A stretch of DNA of 32,000 nt from Acaryochloris marina S15. Lineage in GTDB: Bacteria; Cyanobacteriota; Cyanobacteriia; Thermosynechococcales; Thermosynechococcaceae. The number at the start of each line of letters is the position of its first letter. Position 1 is the stretch's first letter. The stretch is from assembly GCF_018336915.1 (NCBI RefSeq), contig NZ_CP064923.1, positions 4,980,001-5,012,000 of the forward strand, in the 5' to 3' direction. The notes beneath the pieces were generated by a model. It worked only from the letters and a program-made list of their open reading frames with translations, was not told the DNA's origin and made no database searches. Positions 17,917 to 26,263 of this stretch are shown here, in pieces. The position numbers and the translations under genes are program-made.

Positions 17917-19635
17917 ATGCCAAAAATTTTAATCATTGAGGATGAACCTCAAATCCGCGACATCATTCAAGAAATTTTAGAGTGTGAAGGGTATCGAACT
18001 CTGGAAGCAGACAATGGCCTAACGGGGTTACAACTGGCCCAGCAAAACCCTCCAGACCTCATTGTTTGTGATGTCATGATGCCGGAGTTAGACGGTTTTG
18101 ATGTTTTAAAGGGGTTGAGAGAGAATCCAGGCATTGGCAGCATTCCGATGATCTTTTTAACAGCTAAAACAGATCGGGCCAGTGTGCGGAAGGGGATGAA
18201 TTTAGGGGCAGATGACTACATCACCAAGCCATTTACCCATTTAGAACTGTTAAGCGCGATTGACGCACGACTCAAGAAACAAGCGCTAGTCACTCAACAG
18301 TACACGCAAACCATTCAAGGGCTAGAAGCAGGGCTAAATGCTCTAACCTACTATGACCATTTAACCCAGTTACCCAATCGTCGCTTACTCGAAGAGCAGT
18401 TCCACCATATTCAGGCAGAGAAACAAATAGCTGATACCTTAGATGCTCTAGTTTTAGTCGGTATCGATCGATTTGAGTGGCTTAAAAGTACCCTGGGCAA
18501 CTCTTTCAGTGATCAACTCGTTCAAGCGATCACCCAGCAATTGTCCGCCCATCGCTATATGGGCAACTACGCCATGGCGATGGTGGCTCGTATTGAGGCG
18601 GATCAGTTCGCCATCATTCCCCGAAACATTAAGTCTCGCCAAGATCTCGACCAGTTTGCGAAACAAATTTTGGACATCTTAGCCACACCTTTCTATGTGG
18701 TGGATCAGGAGTTATGTATTACACCTAGCATTGGCATGACCTGCTATCCCAAAGGCAGTAGTGATATTGGCACCTTGATTAGCAATGCCGAAATAGCGAT
18801 GTATCAGTCCAAACAACAAACCGGACCGAGTGCAGCGTTTTATCTACCGACGATGCGATCGCAATGTTCTCAAGCCCTCACCATGGCAGCGCGATTACGT
18901 CATGCCCTAGACAAAAACGAATTGCGCCTTTACTACCAACCCCATATTGACTTGCAGACAAGCCAAGTCATAGGAGCCGAAGCCCTGCTGCGCTGGCATC
19001 ATCCGGAGTGGGGAGTATTATCGCCTAATGTCTTTATCCCCATTGCCGAAGAAACAGACTTAATTTTAGCCATTGGCGAGTGGGTGCTGCGAACCTCCTG
19101 CCAGCAAGTCAAGCGGTGGCAGAAAACCTGTGGGCGGCCGTTGCAAATACTAGTCAATTTGTCTCCTCGACAGCTGATGCAGCCCGCTTTACCTCAGATG
19201 CTCCATGAACTACTGTCAGAGGCTGCTTTAGACCCAAGCAGTTTAGTTTTAGAGTTAACGGAAAGCACATTGATGCAAGATCCAGATCTTGCCCTCAAAG
19301 TGATGCATCAAATTAAGGCAGCAGGGATACGTCTATCCGTCGATGATTTTGGCACCGGCTACTCTTCCTTAAGCTATTTACAGCGTTTTCCCTTGGATAC
19401 CCTGAAAATTGATCGAGGCTTTATCCATGAAATTGATTGTCAACCTGCCAATGCAGCGATCACGACGGCCATTATCCAAATGGGCCATAACCTGGGATTA
19501 TCATTGATTGGCGAAGGGGTAGAAACCCTGGCTGAACGAAAATTTTTACTAGACCACCAATGTGATGGCATCCAAGGCTATTTGATCAGTCCTCCCTTAC
19601 CGGCAGCTGAACTCTTAAGGTACTTCCCAGAATAA
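17917..19635 (+). CDS. Response regulator with REC, degenerate GGDEF and EAL domains (probable c-di-GMP phosphodiesterase)
   Basis: REC domain: DLIVCDVMMP, LTAK, ITKPF. GGDEF domain: the signature is replaced by EADQF, and DxD is replaced by GID in VGIDRF. EAL domain: EALLRW, NLSPRQ, ELTES, DDFGTGYSSL, KIDRGF, EGVET and QGY are all present. The likely start is ATG 17917 (MPKILIIEDEP). Confidence 0.92.
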   Translation: MPKILIIEDEPQIRDIIQEILECEGYRTLEADNGLTGLQLAQQNPPDLIVCDVMMPELDGFDVLKGLRENPGIGSIPMIFLTAKTDRASVRKGMNLGADDYITKPFTHLELLSAIDARLKKQALVTQQYTQTIQGLEAGLNALTYYDHLTQLPNRRLLEEQFHHIQAEKQIADTLDALVLVGIDRFEWLKSTLGNSFSDQLVQAITQQLSAHRYMGNYAMAMVARIEADQFAIIPRNIKSRQDLDQFAKQILDILATPFYVVDQELCITPSIGMTCYPKGSSDIGTLISNAEIAMYQSKQQTGPSAAFYLPTMRSQCSQALTMAARLRHALDKNELRLYYQPHIDLQTSQVIGAEALLRWHHPEWGVLSPNVFIPIAEETDLILAIGEWVLRTSCQQVKRWQKTCGRPLQILVNLSPRQLMQPALPQMLHELLSEAALDPSSLVLELTESTLMQDPDLALKVMHQIKAAGIRLSVDDFGTGYSSLSYLQRFPLDTLKIDRGFIHEIDCQPANAAITTAIIQMGHNLGLSLIGEGVETLAERKFLLDHQCDGIQGYLISPPLPAAELLRYFPE

Positions 19636-19649
19636 AATCAGGATGTCAG

Positions 19650-20423
19650 TCAAGACTGTCGATGGACTAGGGTTGCTCCAGATTGGGCCGTGGGCAAGAC
19701 CAAGAGTTCACTGATATTGACGTGGGGCGGGCGAGTCGCACAAAACACCACCACATCAGCAATATCTTCTGGAGTCAGGGGAGCAGTATCGGCATAAACA
19801 GCCTTGGCTCGCTCTGTATCGCCATGAAAGCGGACATCACTAAACTCCGTTTCCACCAGACCTGGATCCACAGAACTGACGCGAACAGGGGTTCCCAGTA
19901 AATCTTGCTTTAACCCTTCAGAAATAGCCCTTACCGCCGCTTTAGACCCACAGTAGACATTTCCCTTGGGATAAGTCTGATGTCCAGCAATAGAGCCAAT
20001 ATTAATCACATGACCCTGGTGACGGTGCACCATACCGGGAACAATCGCCCGCGTCATGTACAGCAAGCCCTTGATATTGGTATCAATCATTTCTTCCCAG
20101 TCTTGAATACTGCCCTCATAGAGTTTGTCCAGACCTCGACTAAGACCAGCATTATTCACCAAGACATCAATGGCCGACCATTCTTCAGGGAGCCCTTGCA
20201 GTTGAGATTCGACTTGAGTGGGATCGCGAACATCCAGTTGAAAAGTATGGGTATGAACGCCAAATTCATCCTTTAGCTGAGTCCCTAAGGTTTGCAAGCG
20301 TGAAAGCCGTCGAGCGGTTAGCAACAACTTCACCCCCAACGGGGCAAAGGCTCGCGCACAGGCTGCTCCGATGCCGCTACTCGCCCCTGTGATCAATACA
20401 ACTTGGTTTTGAATCGATACCAT
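19650..20423 (-). CDS. SDR family NAD(P)-dependent oxidoreductase (YdfG / serine 3-dehydrogenase-like)
   Basis: TGASSGIGAA cofactor motif, NNAG, and the catalytic YCGSK (YxxxK). Confidence 0.9.
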   Translation of the reverse strand: MVSIQNQVVLITGASSGIGAACARAFAPLGVKLLLTARRLSRLQTLGTQLKDEFGVHTHTFQLDVRDPTQVESQLQGLPEEWSAIDVLVNNAGLSRGLDKLYEGSIQDWEEMIDTNIKGLLYMTRAIVPGMVHRHQGHVINIGSIAGHQTYPKGNVYCGSKAAVRAISEGLKQDLLGTPVRVSSVDPGLVETEFSDVRFHGDTERAKAVYADTAPLTPEDIADVVVFCATRPPHVNISELLVLPTAQSGATLVHRQS

Positions 20424-20454
20424 CACGGCTTTCCTTTTTTAGCTAAGGGGCAGA

Positions 20455-20504
20455 CTCTCGTATCGACTGATACGAGAGCAGGAGAGATACAAGGCTCGTA
20501 TCTC
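20455..20504 (-). promoter_or_regulatory. Cluster of hairpins built from a reiterated octamer (CTCGTATC / GATACGAG) in the ppa-SDR spacer
   Basis: CTCGTATC occurs at 20457 and 20495, and its complement GATACGAG at 20469. There is a perfect 10-bp stem with a 4-nt loop (20455-20478) and a 7-bp stem with a 7-nt loop (20484-20504). Confidence 0.4.
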
Positions 20505-20512
20505 GGGCGTTT

Positions 20513-20551
20513 TATTACACCTAAAAAAAGGTTGTATTACACCTAAAAAAA
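20513..20551. repeat. Perfect 17-bp direct repeat TATTACACCTAAAAAAA x2, period 22 bp
   Basis: The copies are at 20513-20529 and 20535-20551, located 23 bp beyond the ppa stop and about 90-125 bp upstream of the SDR start (both genes on the minus strand). Confidence 0.7.
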
Positions 20552-20573
20552 CAAGCCTTGGAATTCTTTCAAC

Positions 20574-21086
20574 CTACTTTTGGCCCGCTTTAATGCATTC
20601 GGCAACCAAAGGATTGACCTTTTCCACATCTTGCCACCCTAAAATTTCAGTGACCTTTTTCTCCAGATTTTTATAGGTGCGGAAAAACTCAGCGATTTCA
20701 TCTAGACGATGGGAGGACACATCCGCCAGGGATTTGACATCCACATAGCGAGGATCTTCTTCAGGGACACAGAGAATTTTCTCATCGCGATCACCACCGT
20801 CGATCATCTCCAACATGCCAATTGGGCGGGCGGTAATCACACAGCCAGGGAAGGTCGGCTGATCCATAATCACCATGCCATCAAGGGGATCACCATCATC
20901 CGCCAGGGTGTTGGGAATAAATCCATAGTCATAGGGATACTGCACAGAGGCAAACAGCACACGATCTAGGGCAAATGCTTGCAAATCTTTATCAAATTCG
21001 TATTTGTTCTTGCTGCCTGCAGGAATTTCAATCAAGACATTGATTAAACCTGGCTTAGGCTGAGCGGGAATTAAGGATAAATCCAC
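20574..21086 (-). CDS. ppa: Inorganic pyrophosphatase (family I)
   Basis: [33 protein letters not shown] plus the DGDPLD and YPYDYGFIP motifs. The start is GTG at 21086, preceded by GGAGAA. The 45-codon upstream extension in the ORF track has no similarity to Ppa. Confidence 0.95.
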   Translation of the reverse strand: MDLSLIPAQPKPGLINVLIEIPAGSKNKYEFDKDLQAFALDRVLFASVQYPYDYGFIPNTLADDGDPLDGMVIMDQPTFPGCVITARPIGMLEMIDGGDRDEKILCVPEEDPRYVDVKSLADVSSHRLDEIAEFFRTYKNLEKKVTEILGWQDVEKVNPLVAECIKAGQK

Positions 21087-21599
21087 AATTGTTCTCCAGA
21101 TGTAAGGGTGGGATGGCCTGCAAGACCTTTGTTTCCGGCGCAGATTTCCTAAAATATCGTTCGTAATAGAAAACGACAACGCCGTATGTTGAAAACAATA
21201 GTGATTGAGACCCCGAAACACACTCTAGGAAATTGCGAGTTGTGCCGTCAATATCCTCTTGAAAAACAGATGCCTTTGCAGGCACGTTCCCCTAACTATG
21301 GGAGCAGCCTCCCTGTTTTAAGTCACCAGAAGTTTAGGCCCAACACCACACTCTGCGCGGGGTTGCCCACTGAGTGATGGTGGCCCCCAAGTATGAGGGC
21401 TGATTCTGACCTTATGGGAGGGTTGATCGATGCCCATTTCAAAGCAGCCTTTAGAATTTCTGGTGCGGTCGATATCTACTGCGGACTGCCACTGGGCTAT
21501 GCAGTGAGTCAAAACCTATGGAGTGAGATAAGCCAGATTATTTGCAGCACAGCAAACAGCCCTCATTCACGCGCCATCGACCTCACACACAACTAGACC

Positions 21600-21791
21600 T
21601 CACAAGGGGGCTGAAGAGGGCGCACTCTCGGACGGCAAAATCTCTAAATCAGGTCGCTGCTGCTCAAAACCTTGCAAACTGAGGTTAACAGCAACAGACA
21701 AGGCTAATCCAAATCCAAGGGTCAGCAAAATACAGGCTACTGTGACCCACAATAATTGTTTTTTAAGAGAAGGTTGCATTGGATTGCTCAT
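21600..21791 (-). CDS. Possible small single-TM protein
   Basis: 63 aa with a positive-inside KK followed by the hydrophobic helix LLWVTVACILLTLGFGLALSVAV. No SD and no recognisable family, so the coding status is unproven. Confidence 0.3.
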   Translation of the reverse strand: MSNPMQPSLKKQLLWVTVACILLTLGFGLALSVAVNLSLQGFEQQRPDLEILPSESAPSSAPL

Positions 21792-21885
21792 CGTCTACTG
21801 ACATTGTAGAAGCGATCCAGGCCGCAGCCAATCCCTCTAAACGCGATAGGATGGCGATTGGCTGTTCCTCGGGATTGTAAAGTCT

Positions 21886-23226
21886 ATGCCTACTGATGTG
21901 TTGACCGTCTGCCCTTCCCCTACAGAAACGACCTGGGTGATCCAGTCTCAAGGTCGTCTTCAGGGTAAAACTACGATCCCTGGCGATAAATCCATTTCCC
22001 ACCGCGCCCTAATGCTGGGAGCCTTGGCCTCGGGAGAAACAACCATTCAAGGGCTACTGCTAGGTGAAGATCCCCGCAGCACAGCCCATTGCTTCCGGGC
22101 CATAGGGGCTGAAATCTCGGAATTGAATACAGAACATGTCCGGGTACAGGGGATTGGCCTAGGCCAGTTACAAGAACCCACCGTGGTTTTAGATGCCGGG
22201 AATTCAGGTACAACCCTCCGGCTAATGTTAGGAATTCTAGCCTCCCACCCAGATCGCTTATTTACAGTCACTGGGGATACTTCTCTCTGCAGCCGTCCCA
22301 TGGGCCGTGTCATTAAACCGCTACAGCAAATGGGCGCTCATATTTGGGGCCGTCAAAGCGATACCCTAGCCCCGTTAGCCATTCGAGGACAGCAGTTAAA
22401 GCCCATCCACTACCACTCACCCATCGCCTCGGCTCAGGTAAAATCTTGCATCATGTTTGCCGGATTAATGGCTGAGGGTCAAACGACCATTACTGAACCT
22501 GCCTTATCCCGCGATCATTCGGAGCGGATGTTTGCCGCGTTTGGGGCTGATATCGCCATTGATCCTGAGACCTGTAGCGTTACGGTCACAGGTCCTGCTC
22601 AACTCCAAGGTCAAGCCATCATCGTACCGGGAGATATCAGCTCAGCCGCTTTCTGGCTGGTAGCAGCGGCAATTGTGCCGGGTTCAGATGTCTGGATTGA
22701 GAATGTCGGGGTTAACCCCACTCGAACCGGCATCCTCGAAGTATTAGAGCAGATGGGAGCCAAGATGACCCTTGCGAATCAACGGACGGTAGCAGGGGAG
22801 CCTGTGGCCGATATCCATATCCAGCATAGCCAGCTTCACGGCACCGTCATTGAGGGAGCCGTGATTCCTCGATTAGTGGATGAAGTCCCGATTCTAGCGG
22901 TTGCAGCATTGTTTGCCCAAGGGCCTACCACCATCCGAGATGCTGCAGAATTACGAGTAAAGGAAAGCGATCGCTTAACCGCAATGGCGACGCAACTCCA
23001 AAAAATGGGAGCCAATTTAACCGAGCAACCCGATGGCCTTGAGATCCAAGGCGGAGCCAGTTTACAGGGAGCGGAAGTGGAGAGTTTTGGTGATCACCGC
23101 GTGGGTATGAGCCTTGCGATCGCAGCCCTAAACGCAACGGGATCAACCACCATTCATCGAGCTGAAGCCGCCGCTATTTCTTATCCCAATTTTGTCGCTA
23201 CCCTGCAGCAGTTGTGGCAATCCTAA
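21886..23226 (+). CDS. aroA: 3-phosphoshikimate 1-carboxyvinyltransferase (EPSP synthase), class II-type signature
   Basis: [55 protein letters not shown] and GDHR motifs; 446 aa. Confidence 0.95.
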   Translation: MPTDVLTVCPSPTETTWVIQSQGRLQGKTTIPGDKSISHRALMLGALASGETTIQGLLLGEDPRSTAHCFRAIGAEISELNTEHVRVQGIGLGQLQEPTVVLDAGNSGTTLRLMLGILASHPDRLFTVTGDTSLCSRPMGRVIKPLQQMGAHIWGRQSDTLAPLAIRGQQLKPIHYHSPIASAQVKSCIMFAGLMAEGQTTITEPALSRDHSERMFAAFGADIAIDPETCSVTVTGPAQLQGQAIIVPGDISSAAFWLVAAAIVPGSDVWIENVGVNPTRTGILEVLEQMGAKMTLANQRTVAGEPVADIHIQHSQLHGTVIEGAVIPRLVDEVPILAVAALFAQGPTTIRDAAELRVKESDRLTAMATQLQKMGANLTEQPDGLEIQGGASLQGAEVESFGDHRVGMSLAIAALNATGSTTIHRAEAAAISYPNFVATLQQLWQS

Positions 23227-23284
23227 TCCGGTCTTCCCCCTCCCAAAGGGAGACCGACAGCAGCCATTCAGTATCAGTAAAGCG

Positions 23285-24550
23285 TTAGGACAAGTCGGCT
23301 AAGAGTGAGTCCAGCTCCGACATTCTATCCTGCATACCGACCTCATCAGCCTGGGGAACAGTCTGTTCCCGCAGCTCACCTACTCGGTTCTGAACCTGCT
23401 CATCCACCATATTGGGAAGGTTCGCCATCTCTGTTGAGAATTGACTAGAAATCGTCTCCAAGCGATTGCTTAAGTCTTGGAGATGATGTTGCAAACCTTG
23501 GAGCTGTTCTTCTTGACCTTGGGTGACGTTGGCATCAATGGTGGGTAGCGCCGTAATCCGGCTTTCTAATTGGCCAATTTGGTCTTGCAAGGGGCCCATC
23601 GCTGCCTGTACTTGTTGGTGGAGATCATCTGGGTTGATACCAGAGGGCGTATTCGCTGTTTCTTCTCGCACCACAGTCAGTTGATGTTGGACTTCATTCA
23701 CTTGATGCTGGGTATTTTCCATGGCCCCTCGGGCAATTTCCATCTCCTCAGAGATGTTCGACAACATCGCGTCCATCTTGACTTTGACTTCTTCAATTTG
23801 GCCAAAGACAGGCGCTAATTGCTCTTCCGAGGCCGTTGCCGGGGCTGACTGTTGGCTCTGCTCTGACAGATCAACCACTTGTTGTTGCACGGGGGCTAGC
23901 ATCGCCTGCAGTTCGGCTCGTAAGGGCTCTAGGTCAGCAGATCCAGATCCCTGCTGGGAGAGTTGGGATACGGCATCTTGGAGGGCAGAAAGTTCTTGCT
24001 GATAGCTATCAGCCACATTGGCCGATTCAGCATCGCTGGGAATCTGGCCTTGTAAGGCTTCAATGGAATGGGTCAGATCAATTTGATGTTCTCGCAGTTG
24101 GTTCAGTTCCGCTTCAATAGCGCTAATCGCCTCAATCGGCTGGCCCCCTGATGTTTCCATCATTTGTTGCTCTAAGGTGGCTACACTGGCAGATAAAGAG
24201 GTAATAGAGACCTTAACGTCGTTGTAATCAGCTCGATCTTGGAATGCAGGTAAGTCTTCGATTTGCGATCGCACCCTTTGAATTTCTGCTCGCAAATCCC
24301 GCTTGACTAATGCCATATCTCCGTCAGCATGCTGACGGGTCAGTTGATCGAGTTTCCGGCGATTGAACAAATTGAGACAAACGGACAAGGTAAGAGGAGC
24401 TGCTGCAAAAGTAGCCTCTTTCAAGATAAAGGTTGCCACCGTTCCGGCAATGGATAAGCCTGCCACCCCATATTCAACTGCCTGGAGCATTACATTTTGT
24501 TTGATGGAATTCTCCAGGGTGTTATCTGAAATGCTATTCAACTCTTGCAT
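23285..24550 (-). CDS. Membrane-anchored coiled-coil protein, Q/E/L-rich, function unknown
   Basis: An N-terminal hydrophobic pair (VEYGVAGLSIAGTVATFIL.., AAAPLTLSVCLNLF) is followed by about 340 aa of heptad-like Q/E/L-rich sequence. There are no enzymatic motifs. Confidence 0.75.
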   Translation of the reverse strand: MQELNSISDNTLENSIKQNVMLQAVEYGVAGLSIAGTVATFILKEATFAAAPLTLSVCLNLFNRRKLDQLTRQHADGDMALVKRDLRAEIQRVRSQIEDLPAFQDRADYNDVKVSITSLSASVATLEQQMMETSGGQPIEAISAIEAELNQLREHQIDLTHSIEALQGQIPSDAESANVADSYQQELSALQDAVSQLSQQGSGSADLEPLRAELQAMLAPVQQQVVDLSEQSQQSAPATASEEQLAPVFGQIEEVKVKMDAMLSNISEEMEIARGAMENTQHQVNEVQHQLTVVREETANTPSGINPDDLHQQVQAAMGPLQDQIGQLESRITALPTIDANVTQGQEEQLQGLQHHLQDLSNRLETISSQFSTEMANLPNMVDEQVQNRVGELREQTVPQADEVGMQDRMSELDSLLADLS

Positions 24551-24967
24551 ACAACCTCCTATCTCAGGATGCTCAACATACCGTTCCCTACACTTAACCG
24601 CTTAGCATCAATATTGATCATCCCAAACTGAGATGCAATATTAATAGGCTGGGTAGAAAATTGTTTTTTTATTGTAATTGAGGTAAAACCCTTCTTCCGA
24701 GAAAAACTGCCCACCCTTTATCCAAAATCCCCCCTCCATAGCCGACTGAATACCTTACCGCTGCATCCAGTCCTGCCCCTGCCAAGTGGATGGATGCCAA
24801 TTCTCATCAGGATTTGACGTACAAACCATCTACTACACTCCCATCAGCCTCCTGGACGTCAATTCGTCAAACTTGATGATCTATCAGTCCCAGACTTACT
24901 TTCACAAAAATTCATTATTTAAGCACAATACAACTACTGCCCCTTGATACTTGCGGTGAGAGAAACC

Positions 24968-26251
24968 ATGTTGCAACTGTTCAGTACGGGTCTGATCCCC
25001 TTGTGGTTAAACACGATAGGGGTGTTATCAAATCAACCAGCATCTCCTCTTACTTCGTTCGATCTGCTCCACATCAACTCTCCTGACGTTGACATTGCCG
25101 AGATTTGGCATGATTCTTTGAATCGCTTTTCATCTCAAGGGTTTGCTCCCGCTGCCCAGGGATTTTGGTTACAGACCCAAGATCAGTTATTAGTCAACCA
25201 CAATGCCCAACAACCCCTTCCTGCCGCTTCTTTAACCAAAGTGGCCACCACCCTAGCTGCTTTAAAAACCTGGGGACCACACCATACTTTCCTGACCGAA
25301 GTTAAAGCAACCGGGCCTGTGGTGAATGGCGTGTTGCAGGGAGATTTAGTCGTGGTAGGAGGTGGAGATCCTCTCTTTGTGGGCCCTGAAGCCACGAGTC
25401 TGGGCTATAGCCTCAATCAGATGGGCATTCAAACCGTCTCCGGCAACTTGATTATCTCCGGCAACTTCTGGATGGACTTTCTGACCGCCCCCATGCAAGC
25501 GGGAGAACGGTTGCGCCAAGGATTGAACGGGGAAGTTTATCAGACCACCGAAGAGAGTCGCTATACGCCACCTAAAACAACTCAACTAACGACCCAGTTA
25601 GCTATTTCTGGAACAGTACAATGGCGTCCATATCCCCCTCAATCCAGACTGCTATTGCGGCATCAGTCTCTCCCCATCTTTGCCTTACTCAAACAGATGA
25701 ACGTCAATAGTAATAATGCCTTGGCAGAATCCCTTGCCTCTGGCATCGGTAATGGCCCCACCCTAATGGCCCAAGTAACGGCAGCCACTGGTGTGTCTAC
25801 GAATGAGATCCGTTTACAGAACGGTTCAGGACTAGGGCAGGATAATCGTCTCTCTCCTCGGGCTGTGGTGGCCTTACTCCAAGGAATTCAACGGGAGTTA
25901 AAGCCCCATAAGCTCACCCTTGCCGATGTCTTTCCGGTTGCCAAACGTGACCTGGGTACCATTAAAGACCGTCAACTCCCCACTGCAACGATTGTTAAAA
26001 CTGGAACTCTTTGGAATGTCAGTGCCCTAGCCGGCGTCATTCCGACTCAAAAATTGGGGCCTGTGTGGTTTGCGATTATCAATCGAGGTGAGAATATTGA
26101 CGGCTTTCGGCAAGATCAAGACCGTATTCTCCAACAACTCACTCAACGCTTAGGCACGGATGCTAAAAGTATGGGGGAACTACGGCCGAGCCGCCCTATG
26201 CCTGCCTTGGGTGATCCCCAGCGCAACCAAGTCGCTGCTCGCCGCCAGTAA
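24968..26251 (+). CDS. dacB: D-alanyl-D-alanine carboxypeptidase/endopeptidase (PBP4, peptidase S13)
   Basis: SxxK (ASLTK), SxN (NSNN) and KTG (VKTGT) motifs in the correct order. The likely start is ATG 24968, followed by a hydrophobic leader; the ORF is open from TTG 24944. Confidence 0.85.
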   Translation: MLQLFSTGLIPLWLNTIGVLSNQPASPLTSFDLLHINSPDVDIAEIWHDSLNRFSSQGFAPAAQGFWLQTQDQLLVNHNAQQPLPAASLTKVATTLAALKTWGPHHTFLTEVKATGPVVNGVLQGDLVVVGGGDPLFVGPEATSLGYSLNQMGIQTVSGNLIISGNFWMDFLTAPMQAGERLRQGLNGEVYQTTEESRYTPPKTTQLTTQLAISGTVQWRPYPPQSRLLLRHQSLPIFALLKQMNVNSNNALAESLASGIGNGPTLMAQVTAATGVSTNEIRLQNGSGLGQDNRLSPRAVVALLQGIQRELKPHKLTLADVFPVAKRDLGTIKDRQLPTATIVKTGTLWNVSALAGVIPTQKLGPVWFAIINRGENIDGFRQDQDRILQQLTQRLGTDAKSMGELRPSRPMPALGDPQRNQVAARRQ

Positions 26252-26263
26252 TATAGCGTTGCC

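Noticed and set aside
21087-21221. 45-codon N-terminal extension of ppa in the ORF track, and similar extensions for acsF (5270-5311), murJ (15449-15478), the REC-GGDEF-EAL gene (17890-17916) and the ABC gene (11123-11191)
   Set aside because: The extensions start at non-ATG codons and add sequence unlike the conserved family N-termini. Internal starts reproduce the canonical N-termini, and for ppa and acsF they have an SD-like motif.
21297-21523. Recurrence of TATGGGAG (21297, 21413) and TATGGAG (21517) in the gene-poor region
   Set aside because: In about 500 nt roughly two repeated 8-mers are expected by chance, so this is not significant.
21763-22313. Minus-strand ORFs overlapping the 5' part of aroA (21763-22002, 21971-22213, 22047-22313)
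   Set aside because: They are antisense to a strongly supported CDS, and their Arg/Pro/Gly-rich composition is typical of shadow frames.
23570-24120. Three plus-strand ORFs of 82-94 aa antisense to the coiled-coil gene
   Set aside because: Low-complexity CAG/CTG-rich coding sequence keeps the opposite strand open. They have no motifs or start context.
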